64,000 nucleotides of DNA from an uncultured Desulfarculus sp. (GTDB lineage Bacteria; Desulfobacterota; Desulfarculia; Desulfarculales; Desulfarculaceae): positions 320,001-384,000 of the forward strand of contig CAXXUK010000001.1 of assembly GCA_963665125.2 (NCBI GenBank), read 5' to 3'. This document shows, one piece after another, positions 20,901-28,758 of the stretch (position 1 is its first letter; every line of letters begins with the position of its first letter). The notes under the pieces were generated by a model that was not told where the DNA came from, searched no databases, and was given only the letters and a program-made list of their open reading frames with translations. A program made the translations under genes and the position numbers.

Positions 20901-21894
20901 GTGTGGAAGTGAGCTTTTTCCCGGCGGGCAGGCCCTCCACCTGGACCGCCGACCACTTGACCCTGACAATGTCCTTCAGCCCGGGATCCAGGCTGCGCAT
21001 GGCCAGGTAGATTTTGACGTCGTCTGTGTTGAATACGGCGGGCTTGTCGGTTGGGGCCTTGTTGGCGTCGACCGCCCGGGCGCAGACGATCTCGATGCCG
21101 CCGCTGGCGGTGACCTGGGCCTGGGCCCCTGGGGTGGCCTGTGGCCGGGGCTCAGCCGGTTGGGCCGCCGCTGTGGCCGTGGCAGGGGGGGCTGTGGGCT
21201 CCGCTGAGGCCTGCGTGGCGGCCGGCTGGGCCTGGCTGGTTGGCCGTTGCCTGTTGTTGTCGTCCTTGCGGGCCGGGGTGCTCATCTCCTTGTCCAGGAA
21301 ATCGCCGACAACCTTGATGCCCTCCTGGGCCGCCTCGGGTCCCTGTTTGGTCTTGAAGACATGGGTCAGGGCGTCGCTGACGTTTTCCTGCTTGCCCGAC
21401 GGCCCGGCGGCCGGAGCCTCGAGAGTCGCCTTTTGCTGCGCCGTGGTTAGAGGCATCGGCTTGACCACGAAGCCCAGGGCCTTTTGCCGCTGCCCTTCAA
21501 CGGCCAGGGAGACGCGGTAGAGCCCGGCGGGCAGACCCTTGTCAGCGGAGCGGAAGGGCGCGAACTTGGTCTGACCTGGCCCCAGGGCCAAGGTGTCCTG
21601 ACCCAGGCTCTGTCCGCTGTCCAGGCCCGATACCTTTACCGCCTCCCAGCTCAACTCCACCACCACCGGCTTTGGGTAGCCGGAGGTCACCGCCACGGTG
21701 AAGCCCTTGGCCCCTTCCGGGACCACCAGGGTTTTTTCGTATTCGCCGCTGACCAGGTCGGCCTTGCTGCAAATCGCCGCTTCCAACTGGCCGGCCTGGG
21801 CGGGAGGTCCGTTTAAGAGCAGAAGCAGGCACGCCAATAAAACCATTGAAATGAGTTGTCTGGTTTTTGGGGCGGATTTCGATTTGTCGTGCAT
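17953..21894 (-). CDS. Large secreted multidomain protein: two Ig-like repeats, P/A/Q/T linker, two discoidin (F5/8 type C)-like domains, two VWA domains
   Basis: Signal peptide; MIDAS motifs WDVSGSM...VMTDG and LDGSGSM...LVTDG; NLA..GGKVVSATSQ and DLALPAFGGAVLRYTSQ discoidin-like starts. Confidence 0.8.
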   Translation of the reverse strand: MHDKSKSAPKTRQLISMVLLACLLLLLNGPPAQAGQLEAAICSKADLVSGEYEKTLVVPEGAKGFTVAVTSGYPKPVVVELSWEAVKVSGLDSGQSLGQDTLALGPGQTKFAPFRSADKGLPAGLYRVSLAVEGQRQKALGFVVKPMPLTTAQQKATLEAPAAGPSGKQENVSDALTHVFKTKQGPEAAQEGIKVVGDFLDKEMSTPARKDDNNRQRPTSQAQPAATQASAEPTAPPATATAAAQPAEPRPQATPGAQAQVTASGGIEIVCARAVDANKAPTDKPAVFNTDDVKIYLAMRSLDPGLKDIVRVKWSAVQVEGLPAGKKLTSTPTILRVNDWSTDAFLPPKGGFWPGQYRAEVFKDDKLLATVDLRIQSTHESALLPDEAAPPAGANLAHQGLGGKVVSATSQANKTYWSQDGLNDGFGYGGEDCKPACGWASSDNKFPQEIVFSFNQNRSARLKAVVLDCQSCSGDENCLSSLPRMVEVWVSEQSPDSGYKLAAARELRPVAARQVIPLPGIQAKYLKLIIKSNYGGSRRTQLAEVEIIEEQGPDSIVKDVEVDLALPAFGGAVLRYTSQYYGGEAVNTLQRQRKGRGWRSDNDQLPQEFVFCLRDDGEALIDRLELELDSGFDAKTRPKEIAVLVSTDSPTGGFVEVARAEMPADSPSHTIPIKRKARFIKLRILENQGGRFTSLGKVAIIEGHAPGYTSLLSRPVRPLASEGAAAPKPDPALVTSSVRPGLTPGSAPALELGKRVMAPFKDYNQRHYYSLNLEGDRPGMLNLELMGLPFLRTRFTLRDSQGREVAVFEPQRNSSPKTIVSWRVDPGRYLLEAQTTPANIVLAWDVSGSMANHTELLQKAVTGFIENVQPSEKLALIAFNNNLHVLTSEFTSDKNKLLSAVADEFKAEMATRLYDAVDKGIEMLSGAKGAGAMVVMTDGVDMGSALKYPQFWEVLDGNPVRLFTIGLGGELKAYNPKAGLTGSRLLRHISLASGGRFIYVPNVDQLVGVYKQIAQELMSGTTYYLQPTWSFKPGTLLVKTEGERIAQIAVPPRIELVLDGSGSMNRKLGGKSRMDIAKQVLTELIEQLPPDVEVALRVYGHRIREGRPGDCQDTELVYSFGKLDKAKLISKIKAVKPLGTTPIAYSLSQTVKDFGQSKGEKTIILVTDGKEECKGNLVKTIDDLRAQGLDVRLHVVGFAVNDPKTREQMEQATKAGKGRYLDAADQQGLKTAMAKTLAIPYTVRDSRGQEVARGVAGEELSLPAGYYDVVLDSPKGEMVQRNVLVEAGRSTLMRVTKDGPKIGVQVVAPDAAQ

Positions 21895-22076
21895 GGCGAT
21901 CTCCTCGCATCAGGCCGGGTATGTATGGATTCTACCCATTATATGGTCGATTCAGACGAATATATAGATTTATATGCTCTCCGTTATTTGCGATTTCAAT
22001 AATAAAGATAAAGTTCGAAGGGCGTGGGCTTGGCTCGAATCAGATGCAAGACGCAACAGCCCGCGAGGGGAATTGA

Positions 22077-22104
22077 AAAGCCGCCCTTTGGAGGGGCGGC
22101 CTTT
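22077..22104 (-). terminator. Terminator downstream of the QueG-like gene
   Basis: aaaagccgccc-tttgga-ggggcggc-cttt; T-run on the minus strand. Confidence 0.6.
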
Positions 22105-22129
22105 GATTGATGATTGACGTGCCGGCTGT

Positions 22130-23254
22130 TTATGCGGCCTTCAGGCGCTCCAAGGCCTGTTCGGCCTCTTGGCGGACGGCTCCGTCGCTCTGGGCCGCGA
22201 AACCCTCCAGGGCCTGTTTGGCTTCGTCGCCGCCCAGGCGGCCCAGGGACCAGGCGATCATGCCCAAAACCCGCTCGTCGCTGTTTTCGCCGAACGCGCG
22301 GATCAATTCCGGTACATATTTGCGATCCAGGGTGTTGCCCATGGCCCGGGCCACGTTCATTTTCCACAGCCACAGCTTGTCCGAGTTCAGGTAGAACATG
22401 TGCGGCCAGATGTGTTTTTCAAAATAGGCCGTGTCCATGTGCAGCAGTTTGGTCAACTCGAAGTCCGCCGCCTTGGCAGCCGCCCGTGGGTTGGCGGGCA
22501 GGTTGCGCGACAGCCAGGCCGTATTGCGGGGGCAGACGTTCTGGCAGCGGTCGCAGCCGTAGACCCAGGTGCCCATCTGTTCGCGCATCTCCAGGGGGGT
22601 GATCTTCCGGGCGAAGTAGGTTAGAAACGAGATGCATTTTTGGGGGTTGAGCCTGCGGGGGCCTTTGATGGCCCCGGTGGGGCAGGCGGCGATGCAGGCG
22701 TTTTTGCACCAGGTCGGACAGGTCACCTCCTCCGTGGGGGTGTCCGGCTCAAACTCGGCGTCGACCAAGAGCACATAGGGGATGACCCAGGAACTGTTGG
22801 CGTTGGTGCGGTTGGCGTACAGGAAATTGTTTTTACCAAAGCTGGCCACCCCGGCCCTGGCCGCCGACATGCGGTGGGGCAGGTTGGGAGCACCCTTGGA
22901 GCCGATGCCGTTGTCGCGCAGGAAGCTCCGGAAGGACTTCATCTGCACGTACATGTTGTCCTTGGTGACCCGGTCGTCGTCTTGGTAACAACGGCCGAAA
23001 TGGGCCTCCAGTTCCGGCGGGAAGGCCTGGGCGAAGTAGTTGTTCAACAGCACGATTATGGACTTGGCCTCGGGGTAGACCGTCTTGGGGTCTGTGCCTT
23101 CCATAAGCTGGCCGACCCTGATCAGGAAGCCATAGTCCTCCGCGCGTTCCTCCAGAACCTTCCGCTGGGACTCAAAAGGCTCGGCCGTGGCAAAGCCGAT
23201 ATCCACAAAGCCCAGTTCCAGGGCCTTGGCGCTGATTTCTTGTTTGGTTACGAT
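22130..23254 (-). CDS. QueG-like (epoxyqueuosine reductase / reductive dehalogenase fold) cobalamin, 2x4Fe-4S protein with C-terminal HEAT repeats; start uncertain (23254 ATC or 23347 ATG)
   Basis: ALELGFVDIGFA, AARAGVASFGKNN, CPTWCKNACIAACPTGA, CISFLT, YGCDRCQNVCP and NVARAMGN motifs. Confidence 0.85.
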   Translation of the reverse strand: MVTKQEISAKALELGFVDIGFATAEPFESQRKVLEERAEDYGFLIRVGQLMEGTDPKTVYPEAKSIIVLLNNYFAQAFPPELEAHFGRCYQDDDRVTKDNMYVQMKSFRSFLRDNGIGSKGAPNLPHRMSAARAGVASFGKNNFLYANRTNANSSWVIPYVLLVDAEFEPDTPTEEVTCPTWCKNACIAACPTGAIKGPRRLNPQKCISFLTYFARKITPLEMREQMGTWVYGCDRCQNVCPRNTAWLSRNLPANPRAAAKAADFELTKLLHMDTAYFEKHIWPHMFYLNSDKLWLWKMNVARAMGNTLDRKYVPELIRAFGENSDERVLGMIAWSLGRLGGDEAKQALEGFAAQSDGAVRQEAEQALERLKAA

Positions 23255-23291
23255 GATGCACCTCCAGTCTGATTCCTGGATTATGCCATAA

Positions 23292-23303
23292 GACCGTTCG
23301 GTA
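23292..23303. promoter_or_regulatory. TetR-type operator-like palindrome ACCG-TT-CGGT upstream of the QueG-like gene
   Basis: gaccgttcggta in an AT-rich context. Confidence 0.4.
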
Positions 23304-23442
23304 TATATAGAAAAAAATGAAGGGCCTTTTGGGGTAGAACTAAACATATGTAGACTAAAAATGCGGTCTGCGGTATCCTGAATCAGGCCGAGGGGGAGTT
23401 TTTCTCGGGCCGGAGTGCTTGGATATTATGGGGTAAAAAGCC

Positions 23443-24642
23443 GTGAATACAGCAGTTTGCGCCGAAAAAGCCATCGTGCATCTAAACGTGGCCGACTTTG
23501 CCGTGGCCGTGGAGCGCCTTAGTCAGCCGGGCCTGCACGACCGCCCGGTGATCGTGGCCCCACTGGGCGCGGCACGGGCCCGCGTTTACGACATGAGCGA
23601 GGAAGCGTTCCAGGCTGGAGTCCGCAAGCACATGCCCCTGGACCTGGCCCGCCGCCGCTGCGCCGGGGCACGTATTGTGGCGCCCCGGCCCCACCGCTAC
23701 GAACAAGCCATGCGCGAGCTGATGTCCCTGGCCCTGCCGTTTTCGCCCCTGGTGGAGAGCGAGGACGACACCGGCCATGTGTTCGTGGATTTAAGCGGCA
23801 CCCGGCGGCTGTTCGGCCCGGCCAGGGACGTGGCCTGGCGCATGCGCCGGGAGGCCAGGGGCCGCCTGGGCCTGGACCCGATATGGGGCCTGGCCACGGG
23901 CAAGATGATGGCCAAGGCCGCCACCCGGGTGGTCAAACCCAACGGCGAGCATATCGTCGAACCCGGCTCCGAGGCCGCGTTTCTGCGTCCCTTGCCCTTG
24001 CACCTGCTGCCCGGCCTGGAGGCCCCGGACCTGGCCGTCCTGGCCCAGTACAACCTGCGCCGGGTTGACCAGGCCCTGGCCTGGCGCGCCGAGCATTTCA
24101 CGGCCATCTTCGGCAAACGCGGGGCCGAGATCTACGACCTGTTGCGGGGCCGGGACGAAACGCCGGTGCTGCCCGCCGGCCTGAAGCCGCCGGTGGTGCG
24201 CCTGGACCACGAATTCGAGGACGACACCAATGACGCGGGCCTGGTGGAGCGCCGTTTGTTTCTGTTGGCGGAGCGGGCCGGGGCCGCGCTAAGGCGCATG
24301 GGCAAGGCCGCCCGGCGGGTGGCCGTGGCGCTAACCTACAGCGACGGCGCGCGGGTCATTCGCCAGCGCTCCCACGCCCTGGGCACGGCCAATGATTTTC
24401 TGCTTTACGACCTGGCCGGGGCGGCCCTGGACATGGCCTGGCAGCGGCGGGTGCGCCTGCGCCATCTGCGCCTGATCTGCGACCGTCTGGTCTATCCTCC
24501 GGCCCAGCTCGATTTGCCGTTCATGCTGGACCCCGCCGAATTGCGCAGCATGCGCCGGGACAAGCTGGTCGGCGCCCTGGACAGCATCCGCGTCCGTCAC
24601 GGCTTCGGGGCCGTGCGCCTGGGCCGGGCCATGGAAGGCTAG
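23443..24642 (+). CDS. imuB: Y-family polymerase homolog, probably catalytically inactive (ImuB-like)
   Basis: DinB fold (LHDRPVIV, AFQAGVRKHMPL, KMMAKAA, LPGL), but the catalytic motifs are degenerate (HLNVADF instead of HxDMDxF; no SIDE). Directly upstream of dnaE2. Confidence 0.8.
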   Translation: MNTAVCAEKAIVHLNVADFAVAVERLSQPGLHDRPVIVAPLGAARARVYDMSEEAFQAGVRKHMPLDLARRRCAGARIVAPRPHRYEQAMRELMSLALPFSPLVESEDDTGHVFVDLSGTRRLFGPARDVAWRMRREARGRLGLDPIWGLATGKMMAKAATRVVKPNGEHIVEPGSEAAFLRPLPLHLLPGLEAPDLAVLAQYNLRRVDQALAWRAEHFTAIFGKRGAEIYDLLRGRDETPVLPAGLKPPVVRLDHEFEDDTNDAGLVERRLFLLAERAGAALRRMGKAARRVAVALTYSDGARVIRQRSHALGTANDFLLYDLAGAALDMAWQRRVRLRHLRLICDRLVYPPAQLDLPFMLDPAELRSMRRDKLVGALDSIRVRHGFGAVRLGRAMEG

Positions 24643-24644
24643 TT

Positions 24645-27626
24645 ATGCTGGCCCTGTGCGTACGATCCCACTATTCGCTGATGTGGGCCACCCCGTCCAC
24701 CGACGCCCTGTGCCGCCGGGCCAAGGAGCTTGGCTACGACGGCGTGGCGCTGACAGACACGGATAACCTCTACGGCCTGTGGGAGTTTCTGCGGGCTTGT
24801 TCCCGCCACGGTCTGCACCCGGTGGCCGGGGCCGAGATCACCGACCCCGCCGCGCCCCGGCGGGCCCTTTGCCTGATGACCAGCGCCCAGGGCTTCACCA
24901 GCCTCTGCCGCCTGCTCACGGCCCGGCACATCGACCCCAAGTTTGACCTGCAAAAGGACCTGCCCCGCCACGCGGCCGGGCTTGAGATATTGACCACCAG
25001 CGCCGAACTGCTCCAGGCTTGGCGCAAGGCAGGCCTGCCGGTGATTGCCGCCTTGCCCCGGGGCCTGAACGGCCAGACCTATCGCCTGCGCCAGACGGCC
25101 CGCCGGATCAACGCGCCCATGGCGGCAGTGGCGGGCAGCTTTTTTCTGGAGCCCGGCGATTATCTTTTGCACCGGGTGCAGCGGGCCATCGCCCTGAACA
25201 CCTCGCTATCGCGTCTGGAGCCGGGTGACCTGGCCCCGCCCGACGCCTGGTTGGCCCCGCCCGATGAATTCTCCCGGCGCTTCGAGGCCCTGCCCCAAGC
25301 CCTGCGCGAGGCCGAAAAGCTGGCGTCGCGCTTGGACTACGTGCCCGGCCCCGGCCTGACCATGCCGCCGTGGGTCGACGCCAAGGGCCGCACGGCCGAC
25401 GAAGTGTTGCGGGAAGAAGCTTATGCCGGGGCGGCCCGGCGCTATGGACGGCCTTTGCCCGCCCTGGTTAAAAAACGCCTGGAATACGAGTTGGACGTCA
25501 TCGCCCAAAAGCAATTCTCGTCGTATTTCCTGGTGGTGGAAGACATCGTGCGCCGCAGCCCGCGCATCTGCGGCCGGGGATCGGGCGCGGCCTCACTGGT
25601 GGCCTACTCCCTGGGCATCACCAATGTCTGCCCCATCAAGTTCAACCTCTACTTCGAGCGCTTCATCAACCCCCAGCGCATCGACCCGCCGGACATCGAC
25701 ATCGACTTTGCCTGGGACGAGCGCGACGACGTCATCAACTCGGTGCTGGAGCAATACAAGGGCCGTTCGGCCATGGTGGGCACCCACATCCTATTCCGGG
25801 GGCGCATGGCCATCCGCGAGGTGGCCAAGGTCTACGGCATCCCGGCCGACGAGATCAAACGCACCATAAAGCGGCTGCCCTGGATGCGCGGCCCGGCCGA
25901 GGGCGAGACGGGCATGTACCCCAAGCGCCAGGCCCTGCCCGCCGGGGCCAAGGCCGAACTGCCCCGGCCCTGGCCCGAGATCCTAGGCCTGGCCCAGGGC
26001 CTGATGAAGATGCCCCGGCACATCGCCGTGCACGTGGGCGGCGTGGTCATCACCCCCGGCCCAATCGCCGACCACGCGCCCCTGGAAACGGCCGCCAAGG
26101 GCGTTCCGGTGATCCAGTGGGAAAAGGAGGGGGCCGAGGACGCCGGGCTGGTCAAGATCGATCTTTTGGGCAACCGCTCCCTGGCCGTGATCCGCGACGC
26201 CATCGCAGAACTGCGCCAAAGCGGCCAGGCCTTTGACGAGACCCGATGGCAGCCCGAGGACGACGCCGCGACCCAGGAGATGGTCAAACGAGGCCAAACC
26301 ATGGGCTGCTTTTACATCGAGAGCCCGGCCACCCGGCTGTTGCAGGAAAAGGCCCGCCGGGGCGACTACGAGCACATGGTGATCCATTCCAGCATCATCC
26401 GCCCAGCGGCCAACGACTATATCCAGGAATACCTGCGCCGTTTGCACGGCGGGGCCTGGCAGCCGATCCACCCCCTGTTGGACGACGTGTTGGACGAGAC
26501 CTACGGCATCATGGTCTATCAGGAGCAGGTCTCCCAGGCGGCAATGGCCCTGGCCGGATTCACCCACGCCCAGGGCGACCGCCTGCGCAAGGCCATGAGC
26601 TGGAAAGACCCCGGCCGGGCCGTAAAGGACTACCGGGGCATGTTCGAGGCCGGAGCCAGGGCCAGGGGCGTGAGCCCGGAAAAGGTCGACGAACTGTGGC
26701 GGATGATGATGAGCTTTTCCGGATACAGCTTTTGCAAGCCCCACAGCGCCAGCTATGCCCGGGTCTCGTTCCAGGCGGCGTATCTGAAGGCCCACCATCC
26801 GGCCCAGTTCATGGCCGCGGTGATCAGCAACCAGGGCGGGTTTTATTCCACCTTCGCCTATGTGTCCGAGGCCCGGCGCCTAGGGCTCCAAATATTGCCG
26901 CCCTGCGTGAACCGGAGCCGGGTGCGCTGGACCGGCCAGGGAGACGCGGTGCGGGTGGGTCTGATGGCCGTCAAGGGCCTGGGCCGCCAGACCTTGGAGC
27001 GTCTGCTCAATGCGCGCGAGATGCGGTCGTTTGTAGGCTTTGCCGACTTCATGCAGCGGGTGCGTCCAGCCGACGACGAGGCCAAGGCCCTGATCCACGC
27101 CGGGACCTTCGAGGCCCTGCATCCGGGAGGGGAGCCTGCCCGCCTGCTGTGGCAACTGGCTCAGAGTCGGGCCGGGGCGGCCAGGCGGGCCGGTGCGGGA
27201 TCGCTGTTTTGGTCCGTTCCCGGCGAAGCGCCGCCCCTGCCGCCCGCTGACCAGCGCGAGCTTTTGCGCCGCCAATTCGCCGTGCTGGGCTTTCTGCCCG
27301 GCGGCCACCCCATGGAGCTTTTCGCGGCGCAGCTAAAGGGCCTGAACCTGGTCAAGGCGCGGGACTTGGCCAATCACGCGGGTCGGCGCGTCTGCCTGGC
27401 CGGGTGGCTGTTGGTGGGCAAGGTCGTCAGCACGGGCAAGAACGAGCCCATGCAGTTTCTGACATTCGAGGACGAAACCGGCCTGGTGGAGGCCACGTTC
27501 TTTCCCGATGCCTTCCGCAAGTTCCACATGATGCTCGATTGGGGCCACCCCTATATCCTGCGCGGCCTGGTGGAGGAAAACTACGGCGCGGCGACGCTGA
27601 CGGTGGATGAGGTCAGGCGGGTTTGA
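24645..27626 (+). CDS. dnaE2: Error-prone DNA polymerase III alpha subunit
   Basis: PHP domain (ALTDTDNLYG), GRGSGAAS, FERF, PPDIDIDF, KIDLLG, YSFCKPHSASYA and an OB fold; 993 aa. Confidence 0.9.
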   Translation: MLALCVRSHYSLMWATPSTDALCRRAKELGYDGVALTDTDNLYGLWEFLRACSRHGLHPVAGAEITDPAAPRRALCLMTSAQGFTSLCRLLTARHIDPKFDLQKDLPRHAAGLEILTTSAELLQAWRKAGLPVIAALPRGLNGQTYRLRQTARRINAPMAAVAGSFFLEPGDYLLHRVQRAIALNTSLSRLEPGDLAPPDAWLAPPDEFSRRFEALPQALREAEKLASRLDYVPGPGLTMPPWVDAKGRTADEVLREEAYAGAARRYGRPLPALVKKRLEYELDVIAQKQFSSYFLVVEDIVRRSPRICGRGSGAASLVAYSLGITNVCPIKFNLYFERFINPQRIDPPDIDIDFAWDERDDVINSVLEQYKGRSAMVGTHILFRGRMAIREVAKVYGIPADEIKRTIKRLPWMRGPAEGETGMYPKRQALPAGAKAELPRPWPEILGLAQGLMKMPRHIAVHVGGVVITPGPIADHAPLETAAKGVPVIQWEKEGAEDAGLVKIDLLGNRSLAVIRDAIAELRQSGQAFDETRWQPEDDAATQEMVKRGQTMGCFYIESPATRLLQEKARRGDYEHMVIHSSIIRPAANDYIQEYLRRLHGGAWQPIHPLLDDVLDETYGIMVYQEQVSQAAMALAGFTHAQGDRLRKAMSWKDPGRAVKDYRGMFEAGARARGVSPEKVDELWRMMMSFSGYSFCKPHSASYARVSFQAAYLKAHHPAQFMAAVISNQGGFYSTFAYVSEARRLGLQILPPCVNRSRVRWTGQGDAVRVGLMAVKGLGRQTLERLLNAREMRSFVGFADFMQRVRPADDEAKALIHAGTFEALHPGGEPARLLWQLAQSRAGAARRAGAGSLFWSVPGEAPPLPPADQRELLRRQFAVLGFLPGGHPMELFAAQLKGLNLVKARDLANHAGRRVCLAGWLLVGKVVSTGKNEPMQFLTFEDETGLVEATFFPDAFRKFHMMLDWGHPYILRGLVEENYGAATLTVDEVRRV

Positions 27627-27752
27627 GCCAAGCGGCTGGCAAGGACCATGGCAGAGGCGCTCTGCTTCGCAGGTCAAACCGCCCGTGAGGACCGGCGAAA
27701 GTATTTTATGTGATTGTGCTTGAGAAGATTAGGATAAACAAATTGTTGGGCC

Positions 27753-27824
27753 GAAAAAAAAGGGGGTGCGGTGATCAAACCTGCCCCTCTAATCACCGCA
27801 CCTTGCGCCGATCATTTGATCGAC
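27753..27824 (-). ncRNA. Candidate ~70-nt small RNA (two hairpins plus U8 tail)
   Basis: 5' hairpin at 27807-27824; 11-bp terminator stem 27765-27775/27792-27802 followed by a T-run; own -10 element (TATGCT, 27831-27836) and activator box (27860-27875). Confidence 0.55.
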
Positions 27825-27859
27825 AATATGAGCATATTAAAATTGCTTTAGTTTATAAA

Positions 27860-27875
27860 TTAGGGAAAACCCTGA
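27860..27875 (-). promoter_or_regulatory. NarL/LuxR-type activator box 1 (TTAGGGAAAACCCTGA)
   Basis: Near-palindrome centred 31.5 bp upstream of the first base of a TATGCT -10 element; the same geometry recurs twice. Confidence 0.65.
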
Positions 27876-27905
27876 ATCGGTTTGTCAAAATCCCTAATCA
27901 TCAAA

Positions 27906-28574
27906 CTAGAAATCCAGGGACGTAATCCCATTTTGAATTGCATATTTTGTCAATTCGGCGACCCTGTGGATTTTCAGCTTGCTCATTATCTGTTTGCGGT
28001 GGCTTTCAACGGTCTTGACGCTGATGAAAAGCGTGTCGGCAATTTCGGCGGTCTTGTAGCCTTCCGCGACCAGTTGCAGGACTTCCTTTTCCCTTACGGA
28101 CAAGGGAGACTCCTGACTGTCCGGACTTTGATGGCTGTGACCTTCCCACATCGATTCGACAAGCTGCTTGGCCGCGTTGGGCCCAAGGTAGCTGCCGCCT
28201 TTGGAGATGATCCGGACGGCGTTTGCCAACTCGTCTGGGTCGCAAGCCTTTGATATGTATCCTGAAGCTCCCGAGCGGATTATTTCGGAAACCATGGGGC
28301 CGTCCTGATAGAAGGACAATCCCAAAACCTTGGTCTCGGGGCAGCTTTTACGCACCATCCGTGTCGCCTCGATACCGTTGAGGTCCGGCATGCTGATGTC
28401 CATGATCAATACATCCGGGTTGTATTTTTCGGCGGCCTTCAACGCGTCGCGTCCGTTGGACATCTCAGCCAGCACTTGCATGTCTGGTTCGGCGCTTAGC
28501 GCGGCGGCCACCCCCACCCTGAAAAGGGCGTGGTCGTCGGCCAGGACGATCGATATTTTGCTTTTGTTATTCAT
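27906..28574 (-). CDS. NarL/FixJ-family response regulator (REC + LuxR HTH)
   Basis: IVLADDH, PDVLIMDISMPDLNG, GYISK and LSVREKEVLQLVAEG...ISVKTVESHR motifs. Confidence 0.96.
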   Translation of the reverse strand: MNNKSKISIVLADDHALFRVGVAAALSAEPDMQVLAEMSNGRDALKAAEKYNPDVLIMDISMPDLNGIEATRMVRKSCPETKVLGLSFYQDGPMVSEIIRSGASGYISKACDPDELANAVRIISKGGSYLGPNAAKQLVESMWEGHSHQSPDSQESPLSVREKEVLQLVAEGYKTAEIADTLFISVKTVESHRKQIMSKLKIHRVAELTKYAIQNGITSLDF

Positions 28575-28645
28575 TGGTTAAACGTCTGGTCCAATACTAT
28601 TTGTTCAAGATGCAATAAAGTATCATAATTCGAAATTGGGTTGAA

Positions 28646-28661
28646 TACCGGAAAACCCTAT
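28646..28661 (-). promoter_or_regulatory. Activator box 2 (TACCGGAAAACCCTAT) upstream of the response regulator
   Basis: Same motif, with an extended -10 element TGA-TACTTT (-12 at 28622) at identical spacing. Confidence 0.6.
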
Positions 28662-28758
28662 GCTATCAAACTAATCATCCTATTGAATGACGGTATTGGT
28701 GCATTTGTTCATGTCTTGATAGTATCTAATTGTGCCGGTTGGAACCTGGGGGGGGACT

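Noticed and set aside
21100..21250. Low-complexity repeat-like DNA
   Set aside because: It encodes the Pro/Ala/Gln/Thr linker of the VWA protein; not a CRISPR or tandem repeat array.
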